From positions 1 through 64,000 of the forward strand of contig KZ538496.1 in assembly GCA_000934665.2 (NCBI GenBank): 64,000 nt of DNA. Direction: 5' to 3'. Below are positions 44,977 to 55,619 of this stretch, piece by piece (positions within the stretch are counted from its first letter, which is position 1; each line of letters starts with the position of its first letter). Made by a program: the position numbers and the translations under genes. This DNA comes from Catajapyx aquilonaris (lineage: Eukaryota). Below the pieces are notes generated by a model. That model was not told the origin of the DNA and ran no database searches. It worked only from the letters and a program-made list of their open reading frames with translations.

Positions 44977-47900
44977 CACTTGATCGGTGTGTTCTTGAGA
45001 GTCTGTGACGTTACGGGTCCCAGTTTGGTGAGCAATGAGTTGCCCTGCCACTGGGCTGCACCCGAGGCGTTGGTCTTCAGGTCAACCTACAAGAAAGGAA
45101 AAAAAGGCGTTCATTAGGACTTGGCATTCGTTAGGAATCGCAAGAATGCACGTTTAAATTCTCATTCAGAGTCTGGTTCATTACTTTTTTTATCAGTCAC
45201 TGTAACATCAGCGAGGGCAAGTTTTATCATCATCATGAGTTGCTTTGTGCGAATATCAAAACGATCAATTATGCGGACTTGCCTGCAGTTTTTCCCATAC
45301 TTTCTTCTTCGGGTTGAGAACCGCGTCTGGTGAGCCTGTTTCGTACCCATCGACGTACACTCGGTCCCCTGCGGTGCTGTCGCTTGGAGGGTCCAGTGGC
45401 TCCACGGCTCGAGGGGTGTCGGCTGATGCGCACAACACCATTCCTTTCGACTCGACCCCTTTGAGTTTGGCAGGTTTCAGGTTGCACAGGACCACAACCA
45501 GGCGATTCTGCATCTCCTCAAGCGGCACAAATGATGCAAGGCCGCTCACGATGGTACGAGGCTCTCCTTCACCTGGCCAAACAAAACATGTTCAATGCAA
45601 ATTATCAAGTTAAATTTTTGACAGGCATCAACTTGAATCGCAAAGTACAACTTCCGCTCAGAGTCTGGTTCAATAGACAATAGTTGAATCAATCACTTAA
45701 AATGTCAGCATAGTGTTATCATCATTAGGAAGTAATCATTATCATCAAAGGTTGCACTAGCTACATTACATATTTGACGAAAGCAACTATCAAGTTACCT
45801 AAATCAATCGATTCTATGTACAGGGAGTCCGCATCAGGATGTTTCTTCACGTCGACGACTTTCCCAATGCGGATGTCCAGTTTGTGTGGCGCAATCACAT
45901 CATCCTCCTCTGCAATGAAAATGATAGCAATCAAACAAGTTCATGCGAACAAATTCAAGTACACGAATTAGTGAATTTCCCTTCAGATAGTTATATCAGT
46001 CAGTAATATTCAGTGAGGGCAAGTGTGATCATCATCAAGGAATATCTATTCGCTTCATGTTCGAGAATCAAATTCAATGTAATTATGACTTACGCTTCTT
46101 TCCGGGCGGAGGGTAAGCCTTTTGGGCGAGGGCTTTAAGCTTGGGCGTCTCGAATTCTTTCCTAATTGGCTCAAGAAGCGAGTTCAGCATCCTTTCAACC
46201 GTTGCCTTCAGGTCGCCTGGATGAAGCTCCTGCTTTGCGTAGGCCTGCTCCAGCGCATCGTAGGAAGTGTAGTTCGCGGATCCTCCATTCGCCTCATCTC
46301 GTTCCACCTTAAAACCTTAAACATTTCACAAACTGCATCTGAGAGCCAAAAAATGTACGTTTCATCATAATTAGCGGAAATAATTTTACAAAGAATTGCA
46401 GTGTACGAACGGCTGTATAATTCTCACCTTCGTTAGGTTTCATCAGTGGAAACAGCACATGCTTGACGAAGGAAAGGACACCGTTGTCCTCCACGTTCCC
46501 TGGCTCGCAAAAGGCCTTCTTCAGCTTCTTCTTAACGGCTGCCGGAGTGTCCAGTAGGTCTATCTTGCTGTCTTCCTCAGACGAAGACATCTTCGCTCCA
46601 GTTAGCCCTGGAACTATGATCAAATGGTAAGTATTCTGCATACAAACGTGACGTAGCGTGCAACATACCCATCGGATTCATAAGATGTATCCGCTTCTTG
46701 TACCCAAGCTGCGGCAGATATTTCTCAGCGAATGTGAAAATCTTCCTCTGGTCCACCCCGCCAAACTGTGCGTCCACTTCCAGGTACTCCTCGTCCAAGG
46801 CCTGGAGTCCTGGATAAATAAGACCGGACAGCAGCGGATGCTCCACCTGCTTGACCACCTCGGCCCCAGCCTTTCTCGCATCATGCTCAGTCACCATGGA
46901 GGTCAGCCTGTACACGTCTAAAGTGTACTTCCTGTCCAGCTGGTAGTCCGTTCCCCGCACGAATCTTAGTTTCTCAAGAGGTACCCCGATGGAACTGAGC
47001 ATCGCACGGATAATCGCCTGGTAATACTCGACTCGTAACTCCAGCAGTTCCCACGGCGCTTTCATATTGTCCAAGTAAGCGTGCAAGTCCGCAAACAATA
47101 TGGTCACCTGGAAAGGAATCTCTGTTGCATCAGTTACATGCTGCTGCTTATTATCACTTCAAAACATATCGTTATGTCCCACTCAGTAAACTTAATCATC
47201 ACGCTCTAAATACAGAGAGGGCAAGTTTATCATCATTGTGGGCACATTTCAGAGCAAACAAATCCCTAACCTCACACCCCGCTCGCAACAGGTCGCCAAT
47301 CTTGGTCATGGGCACGAAGTACGCAATGTGCGGCTTCCCAGTCGTGGCCGTCCCCCAGTAGACCTTCAGGCTCCTCTCCTTCAGGATCTGGTCCAGCTGG
47401 TCCTCCCCCAAAATTTCCTGCAAGTTGCGTCTCACCAGCTGCTGCTTCTCCTCCCACGTCTGGCCGTCTGAGACCCCAACAAGATTCGCCGCCATGTTCA
47501 CAATCTGCAAATAAACTTGATGATGTACCACAAATTTTCAAAAGCAAGATCACGCATATTTTTAAAGTCGCAGTTCATGAGTGTCCCCTCAGAGTCTGGT
47601 TCATTATTTTTTACGTTTTCGCTTTCTTCACTTGATGTAAGTACAGACGATCATCACCGGGGTTGCGTTTACAAGCCTGAGCGTGCCATGCGGTTAGTAT
47701 GAAGCTTCCCGTCACCTGCGCTCCCATGCAAGACGACTGCAGCTTGACAAATGGAAGGTTGCTCCGTTCCCTGCAGTCCAGGCTGGAGATGTGCCTTCTC
47801 CAGCGTGTCGCATGCGGATAACTAGTGGCGTCCAGACTAATGTTCTGTACGGCCCTATGCACCTGGATGTCCACTTGGGTCAACCAGTGGTCCAGAATGT

Positions 47901-48083
47901 ATGTCCTGGAGGCCAGGTGGTCCTCCAGAACTTGCAAAAAGTCCATCTGAAACCCCAACAACTCCATTGTTCTCAATATACAGAGTCATTCAACATGGGG
48001 CTTCCTTTCGATTATTTTTAGTGATGCAAGAGTGGTTTTCAGGGCGAGCCTAAACCGACCGTGTCCCCAAGCCGAAGCGCCAT
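44977..48083 (-). CDS. YARS1: Cytosolic tyrosyl-tRNA synthetase with C-terminal EMAP II domain; conserved body starts at ATG 47495, predicted upstream exons 48083-48060 and 47946-47716
   Basis: [75 protein letters not shown]...[30 protein letters not shown]. The N-terminal extension is inferred from splice phase. Confidence 0.95.
45161..45239 (-). ncRNA. Intronic box C/D snoRNA, SNORD103/SNORD85-like, double guide (copy 1)
   Basis: ctcat-gATGATGA-taaaACTTGCCCTCg-CTGA...GTGACTGA...TGAACCAGACT-CTGA-atgag; terminal stem; D' guide complementary to 18S GAGGGCAAGU. Confidence 0.88.
45650..45733 (-). ncRNA. Intronic box C/D snoRNA (copy 2; D guide only)
   Basis: acttcc-ta-ATGATGA-taacactatg-CTGA...GTGATTGA...TGAACCAGACT-CTGA-gc-ggaagt. 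Confidence 0.82.
45977..46042 (-). ncRNA. Intronic box C/D snoRNA, SNORD103-like (copy 3; D' guide only)
   Basis: ttcc-ttg-ATGATGA-tcacACTTGCCCTCa-CTGA...CTGACTGA-tataactat-CTGA-ag-ggaa. Confidence 0.85.
47178..47242 (-). ncRNA. Intronic box C/D snoRNA, SNORD103-like (copy 4; D' guide only)
   Basis: cccac-a-ATGATGA-taaACTTGCCCTCt-CTGT...GTGATGA-ttaagttta-CTGA-gtggg. Confidence 0.85.
47585..47662 (-). ncRNA. Intronic box C/D snoRNA (copy 5; D guide only)
   Basis: cccc-g-GTGATGA...TGAACCAGACT-CTGA-gggg, in the intron between the GST-like exon and the TyrRS body. Confidence 0.82.
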
Positions 48084-48089
48084 GATTCC

Positions 48090-48340
48090 GGCCTCCCAAA
48101 TCCCCGAATAAAGAAGGGAAAACGAAACGAACCTGACCAGTTCGCCGACCACGCCATCAGAGAGAGAAAGGCCGGATGTGACGTCACTTCAACCGTTACT
48201 CCCCGTTTACATCTGCTAGGCCACCACTCACATTGGGCCAATCAGAAAGCAGGAAGCCACATGACGCATGCGTGTATAATTCACGCCAACTGGCGCGTGT
48301 AAACTATGCCGGAAGTGTCACCCGGCGTAATCTATTTACT
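48090..48340 (-). promoter_or_regulatory. TyrRS promoter (duplicated at ~51614-51890)
   Basis: Palindromic CRE TGACGTCA (48179-48186), CCAAT box, GCATGCG and CCGGAAG motifs; all retained in the duplicate (CRE 51704-51711). Confidence 0.55.
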
Positions 48341-49017
48341 CACAGTTTAATATGAAGCTTTTAATTTAGATGCAAATTAAATTTTAAAGTATTTTGCAAC
48401 CATCTTTGAAACTTATTAAAGAGAATCGCTATTATTGGCAGGATTGTGGCCAAAGATTGTGGCGCGAATTCAAATGTCTGCAAATGGGGTTGAAATTCCT
48501 CTAGTCACAAAATGGCTTCGTTCTGCACTACCCAATTATTATTATTAATTATTATTATTCGCAATACGCAGAAGCGGCGCCCACAGCATGTGCTGGTCAG
48601 GTATGAAACGCCTTCCAATATTGAAACCAATGTTTCAACTATTGAAATTGGAGAATTCAGAACGGACGTTGGTTGTCACTGGAATAAACGTGAAAGGTTT
48701 GGAACACAAGCACTCTCAGGTTCGGTTGTTTACTTTTTTAATGATCTCTCTCTCTCTCTCATCTCTCCCTCCCGCCTGGATACATGTTGATTTTTCAGAC
48801 GGAGGTTGAGGCAGCAGCGGCTGCTTTGGCAACAAGGCGCTGGTCCCTCTCCTCTGCGACGGTCAGCTTGATACCCTTGCCCTTTGGCAGGGATACGTAC
48901 GCCTTCGTGCCCTTTCCAATCATGAAAATGTAGTTTTACCTGGAATCGGAAAGGAAGACACGCATTATTAACCCAAGTGTAAACAATGCTAGTGTCCAAC
49001 ACTGAGTATGGCAAAAA

Positions 49018-49159
49018 GTATGTCCTCGCTGTGGGTAATGCTGATTCGACACTTAATAATCCAGACCAGCGACCTTTCAGAGAGAGTTACTATGCCCACC
49101 TTTTTGACCGCCCGTACACAGGAAATTTAACATAACAGGCGGCTTCGATCAGGGGCATG
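49018..49159 (-). ncRNA. H/ACA snoRNA, SNORA16-like (duplicate copy)
   Basis: Same pocket (ATCGAAG / TCAAAAAG), H box ATAGTA and ACA-nnn as 55831-55972. Confidence 0.75.
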
Positions 49160-49554
49160 CTTTCAGAATAACAGGTACAAACGTACCTGGTGGCAAACAC
49201 ATTTCCATTTGTGTCCTTGACGTGCACGATGTCAAAGGACCCCAGATGTCTCTCCCTGGACACGACTGTGCCCACTCGCCCCAAGTTGCGCCCTCCAGTG
49301 ATCATGCAGAGGTTCCCCGTCTCAAACTTGATGAAGTCCAGGATCTTCCCTGTGCCAATGTCCATCTGGATGGAGTCGTTGGCCTTGATCAGGGGATCGG
49401 GATAGCGGATGGTACGGCCATCATGGGTCACCAGGTACGGGACAGCCTTGGGGCCCAACTGCGCACGCAGGACACGACACAGCTTGTACTGCAACCAAAC
49501 AACGCGTTAAAAAATGGCCAAAAAATCCAATCGCAGATTTCACGGAGCTAAGAA

Positions 49555-49633
49555 ATCCTCTCAGCATCTGCCTCATTCTTTCGTCAATTAATAATCAGGT
49601 CAAGCGTCTATTACATTTTACATCCTTGAGGAT
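49555..49633 (-). ncRNA. Box C/D snoRNA, SNORD90-like (duplicate copy)
   Basis: GACGCTTGAC-CTGA and ATGAGGCAGATG-CTGA retained, atcctc/gaggat stem; degenerate C box. Confidence 0.6.
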
Positions 49634-49852
49634 TGCGCGACAAGATTTGTTAATAATTAAATTGTTATAATCACCTTGTCCTCTTCTGGCATGATCTGAT
49701 GTATGATGAACCTTGGTGTCGTAAATGAGCCGAAAGTCGCCGGTGTTGTCGATGGTGATTACATCCATGAATCCGGACAGATAGTTGGGATCCATTTGTG
49801 CCTTCCCATCCTCCATTATTAGAAGCTGCATCACTATCAAAATAATGATCCC

Positions 49853-52020
49853 TCCAAACAATATGGTCACCTGGAACGGAACCTCTGTTGCATCAGTTAC
49901 ATGCTGCCACTTGTTAACATTTCAAAATTTATCGGTATGTCCCACTCAGTAAACTTAATCATCACACTCTAAATGCAGAGAGGGCAAGTTTGTCATCATT
50001 GTGGGAACATTTCAAAGCAAATAAATCTCTAACCTCACACCCCGCTCTCAACAGGTCGCCAATTTTGGTCATGGGCACAAAGAACGCAATGTGCGCCTTC
50101 CCACACTTTCTTCTTTGGGTTGAGCACCGCGTCTGGTGAGCCTGTTTCGTACCCATCGACGTACACTCTGTCCCCTGCGATGCTCTCGCTTGGAAGGTCA
50201 AGTGGCGCCAGGGCTCAAGGGCTGCCGGCTGATGCGCACAACACCATTACTTTCGACTCGACCCCTTTGAGTTTCGCAGGGTTCAGGTTGCACAGGACCA
50301 CAACCAGGCGGTTCTGCATCTCCTCAAGCGGCACAAATGATGTTGTCACTGAATCATTAGGAACTCATCATTTTTATCAAATGTTGCACTAGCTACATTA
50401 CATATTTGACAAAAGCAACTATCAAGTTACCTAAATCAATAGATTCTATGTACAGGATGTTTCTTCACATCGACGACTTTCCCAATGCGGATGTCCAGTT
50501 TGTGTGGCGCAATCACGTCATCCTCCTCTGCAATGAAAATGATCGCAATCAGAACAAGTTTGTGCGAACTAAATTCATTACATGAATAAGCAAATTTCCA
50601 TTCAGATAGTTATATTAGTCATTAATATTCTGTGAGGGCAAGTTTGATCATCATTATCTCCACACTCAATCTCCAAGCGCTGTGCAGGACAGAGACAGAG
50701 GCAGACACCCAGTTGCAAGCATGACTACCGGTGTCAACCTATGCATTACTGTGCAAGAGATATTTGCCAAACTTGTAGTTCTGCACAGCACCCAGAGCCC
50801 GTGCATGACCTTCCAGACGTCGACTCCTCCCACCAATCTGCAAACATTCTCTAGCCCTTCCGAAAAATTCAATGGCACTGCCATTCCTCACAAACCCGTG
50901 AATATTCTACCCATTAATTAACCTGCGCCATTTACTCCTATCCATAGAAACAACCTTAGCCTCAGCCACGTCCATGGTCCTACTGACACATGAACGTTAA
51001 GTTCGATCATCATCAAGGAAAATCTCATCGCTTCATGTTCGAGAATCAAATTCAATGAAATTATGACTTACGTTTCTCCCAACTCCAGCAGTTCCCACGG
51101 CGCTTTCATATTGTCCAAGTAAGCGTGCAGGTCCGCAAACAATATGGTCACCTGGAACGGAACCTCTGTTGCATCAGTTACATGCTGCCACTTGTTAACA
51201 TTTCAAAATTTATCGGTATGCCCCACTCAGTAAACTTAATCATCACGCTCTAAATACAGAGAGGGCAAGTTTATCATCATTGTGGGCACATTTCAGAGCA
51301 AACAAATCCCTAACCTCACACCCCAAAATTTCCTGCAAGTTGCGTCTCACCAGCTGCTGCTTCTCCCAACTCGGGCCGTCGGGGACCCCAACAAGATTCG
51401 CCGCCATGTTCACAATCTGCAAATAAACATGCTGACGAATCACAAATTTTCAGAAGCAAGACCACGCATCTTGTTAAAGTCGCAGTTCAGTGTCCCCTCA
51501 GAGTCTGGTTCATTAATTATTTTTTACGTTTTCGCTTTCTTCACTTGATGTAAGTACAGACGATCATCACCGGGGTTGCGTTAGGCAGAAGCCCCATGAA
51601 GCAGCCTCTATATTCCGGCCCCCCAAATCCCCCGAAGAAAAGAAGGAAAAACGAAACAAACCTGACCACGCGGCCATCGAAAGAGAAAGAGACCGGGCGG
51701 ATGTGACGTCACTTCAAGTCTTCAACCGTTACTCCCCGTTTACATCTGCTAGGCCACCACTCACATTCGGCCAATCAGAACGCAGGATATTACATGACGC
51801 ATGCGTGTATGATTCAGGCCAACTGGTGCGTGTAAACCATGCCGGAAGCGTCATCTATTTACTGCAATTGCTTGTATTTACTGACAGTTTAAACGGTTTA
51901 AACCTTTACTTTGATATAAATTAATTTTTGGAAGTATTTTCAAACATTCTTTGGACTTATGGAACAGGATTGAACAGGTCGGCAGGGATGCGGCGCCAAT
52001 TCAAATATGAAATTCCTCAA
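49853..52020 (-). pseudogene. YARS1: Rearranged TyrRS pseudogene fragments with promoter and duplicated C/D snoRNAs (49941-50005, 50596-50656, 51222-51286, 51494-51575)
   Basis: Patchwork of segments similar to ~47095-47340, 45293-46100 and 47040-48470; large exonic deletions and frameshifts; GST-like exon deleted. Confidence 0.9.
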
Positions 52021-52278
52021 TTGATCGCTCATGAACTTGCAACATTTTCAACCATGGTTTTTGTAGGCTAGGCTCTGGCTATATAATATTCTTCCTCGAA
52101 TTATTATGCAACAATAACACACAATATAGCGATGGGGACCCCCCCCCCCCAAAGATATCTCCTAAAGGAAAAGTGAAGCCAGGTTCTACCGGCCGCCATC
52201 TTTGCTTTGGGCGACTCGGATCGATGGTGCCCCATCTGCACAGGGGCCGCCCCTAATTCTGCTGCCCACTGTTCCATC

Positions 52279-55200
52279 ATGCCGCAGCACTGCTCTGCAG
52301 ATGGGTGCAAATCGAGGGCCGACAAGGGCGGCTCGGGAATATCCTTTCACAGGTGAAGCAAAACGCAGCGCAGCGCCGTACACAGCACTTAACGACAATG
52401 AATTTTTAACATTGCAGTTACCCCTTGAAGAATCCAGAGTTGCTCGCCAAATGGATGAACAACCTGCGTCGGGTGAATTTCACGCCATCAATTCACAGCA
52501 AACTGTGCAGCCTGCACTTCACACACGACAGCTACCAGAAAAGACCAGGTGCTAATATACCACTCTTGAAGAAGGATGCTGTACCGACAGTATTCATCTC
52601 TCAGCAGCACCTGCGAGAGAAAGTGCCCTCACGGAAACCACCACCACCAAAGAGGAGATGCGCCAGTGACAGTTCTCAGCCTACAGCGAAGGTAACGCAT
52701 ATTGTGTGTACGACAATATGCCATTATGGGTAATCCACATGAAATGTGTGAGCATTGTCATGACAAATGTTACTACTCCATGTCACATTGGAATCCATTG
52801 TTCTTGCATGCATCTCTTTTTTTGCACAAAATGATGCCCACTGCCCACAGGAAATGTTACTGCCTACATAATAGCGTAGTGACCTGTGACTGGTCAACCA
52901 TCAAATGATGTCTCAAGTTGTTATTAAAGTTCATTGATTGATTATTTCTCAGAGGATGAAAAGCGATGGACTTGCCAAGAACACGCTGACAGCTGATACA
53001 TCTGGAAATAATAGTCGTCACATCCATGCAGCTGGAAACCCCACGGAACCCATTATTACTTCATCACCAACGAAGAAGAAATTGCCCCAGAAGATGCTTC
53101 AACAGAATCTGCGGCGCCGACCAACCAAGATCAACAAGATGAAGGATCTCCTCGAGTCATTAAGGAGAAAAAACTTGATTGGGGAGGTGGCAGAGAGTCT
53201 TCTGGCCGAGTCTTTTTCTGGATTGCAGCTGCTTAATAAGGATCCCATTAAGAACGACTCCGCCAGCAGCCCAAATGGGTACAGGTATTCAAAGGAAGTG
53301 AAAAGATTTTCCATGACTTTGTATTACCAGTCTCCGAAGGCATACAGGTTCGCGCGGTCTCACTTTAGGTTGCCACATGTCTCCCTGCTTCAGAAATGGT
53401 GCTCTAATGTAGAAGCAGAACCAGGGTTCTTAACTGATGCTTTCAACTACTTGCAAAAAAAAACCAGTGAGCAACCGTGGCTGGCTGACTGCGGTTTGGT
53501 GCTTGGCAGTATGTCAATTAGGAAATGCATGGAGTACAATTCAGCTACAAAAAGCTATGCTGGATATGTAGATTACGGTGGAGCTATAGCGGAAGCATGT
53601 GAAACTCTAGCTTCGGAAGTCTTGGTGTTTATGGTGGTATCACTTGTCGGCAAATTTAAATTTCCAGTTGCATACTTCCTTACGGACAAAGTTGCAGGAA
53701 ACGTGCAGTGTCAGCTTATCCGAGTTTGCCTGGAGAAACTGGATAATGTTGGAATTAGGGTATGGACACTTACATTAGATGGGTGTGCCTCTAGTGTTCG
53801 TACAGTCCAGGAACTAGGTGTGAATTTCACCGGTGACGTCCCCAAACTGACCACACACTTCTTGCATCCTACTAGACAGTATGAGGTCTACGTAATTTTC
53901 GATCCTTGCCACATGCTGAAACTGGCAAGGAACAGCCTCGCAGATTTAAAGGTATTGCAGTCGCTAAAGGGCACAATATCATGGAATTATGTTGCGAAAC
54001 TGCATGAATTGCAGGAAAAGGAAGTGGGCAATAAGCTGTCCCGAAATCATGTACAAAAATTGAAAGTGTGCGTGGCCGCTCAAACACTGAGTGGCTCAGT
54101 GGCCTCTGCGCTTCATTTTTTGAGAGATGGACTGAAGCTTAAGGAGTTCATGGGGTCAGAAGCAACATGTGAGTTCATGGAGATGCTGGACAAGATATTT
54201 GATTTGTGTAATTCAAAGAATCCATTTGCAAAGGGCTACAAGGCTGCTTTACGACTATCCAATCAACATGTTTGGCTGGCAACTGTCTCTCAAGCCGAAA
54301 AGTACCTCACGTCCTTGCAAATTGTCATGGAGTCGGGTCGAGCACACCCCATTATTCTTCATAGACGCAAGACTTTTGTGATTGGTTTTCTGCTTACCTT
54401 GAAATCATTGAAGTCCGTTGCAATGCACTTTCTCACTAGAGAGGTCAATCCACTGAATTACGTCATAACATATCGTTTCTCGCAAGATCACTTAGAAATG
54501 CATTTTGCAAAAATCCGAGGATGGAACAATAACCCTAGCTCTCTTCAGGTGAAACGGTTGCTTTGCCATGTACAAGCTTCTTCAACAGGCAATTGCAGGA
54601 TGCCTAATGATTTGCCTGACCCTGCAGACATATTTGAGTTTAGGTCATCAAAGAGATCGCTGAGGGACCTATCAAATGAAGAGGATACCTGCAGAGAGAG
54701 AGAATCTTGTGTGGCAGAATTACTAGATTCCTGTGCCCTGTCAGAGTTCACAGAAAACGTATTGTATTACATTGGTGGTTTCATAGTGCGCCGTTTAATG
54801 AAAACCATCACATGTCAACCTTGCATGGAGGGTCTTGTCGCCAGTCCAGTTGGAGACCATAATTATTCCTTCGCTGGGCCAATGAGCGTGTTTACAGACA
54901 TGGACAACAATGGGGGTTTAATAAAACCATCCGCAGCTGCGTTCACTGTTGTCAAAGCATGTGAACGTGCTTTCCGTGTGGTAATGTTTGGTGAGGATTT
55001 CTCGCAAATTAAAAAAAAAAGTTTTGCAAGTGTTCTTGTGCATAGTGTTTTCCGCCGAGTGTGCCATTTGCCACTGTTTCAAGGAGGTACTGCACATGAC
55101 TTATACGAGTGTGAAATTTTTGATGAGAGGCACTCTTTTCAAGTGATCAAGAAAATTGCAGAGTGCTACTTTTCGCTCAGACTGAAAACCTATGCAAAGA

Positions 55201-55283
55201 ATTTCACTACTGAGAACTTCCATATTGGTGTGCGCCAGAAGCTTATGAAACGTATTTTATTTTGCCACGAATCAACAAAGTGA
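52279..55283 (+). CDS. THAP-domain P-element-type transposase (THAP9-like), 3 exons: 52279-52351, 52418-52691, 52953-55283
   Basis: THAP C2CH: MPQHCSADGC...ISFHSYP...W...KLCSLHF...LKKDAVPTVF; P-transposase motifs YYQSPKAY, LTLDG, FDPCHMLKLARN, AAQTLS, FSQDHLE, NNNP, LYYIGGF, GGLIKPS. Confidence 0.92.
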
Positions 55284-55619
55284 CCTAACATGCAAAGGCT
55301 GAGGTGGCGTTTGTACAGTAGTGTCGGTATGGGTTGTAATGTTGACTTTCTTATTTTGTATATCTTGCACTATAATTCTTGTTTTACTTTCAACATGTAG
55401 CATTGTAATGTGTTATTATGAAGGTTTCCTTGAGAAAATACACTTGTATGGAAAGGGATAGCGAGTTATGCATCTTACGTGCTGTCATCAGTGCCCTGTG
55501 GCTGAATGCCACTGGAATAAATGGGAAAGGTTTGGAACGCAAGAACTCTCATGTTCGGTTGTTTACTTTTTTTAATGATCTCTCTCTCTCTCCCTCCCGC
55601 CTGGATACATGTTGATTTT

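Larger units (their letters stand above)
48795..49840 (-). pseudogene. RPS4: 5'-truncated RpS4 pseudogene (duplicate of ~55620-56660)
   Basis: Near-identical to the intact copy, but CAA->TAA at the start of the last exon (AG|G TAA), deletions and a frameshift in exon 2, no exon 1. Confidence 0.9.

Noticed and set aside
47611..47976. Stand-alone 121 aa gene or EF1B-beta pseudogene
   Set aside because: Similarity is bounded by good splice sites in phase with TyrRS, the ORF tail runs into an intronic snoRNA, and no GEF domain is present.
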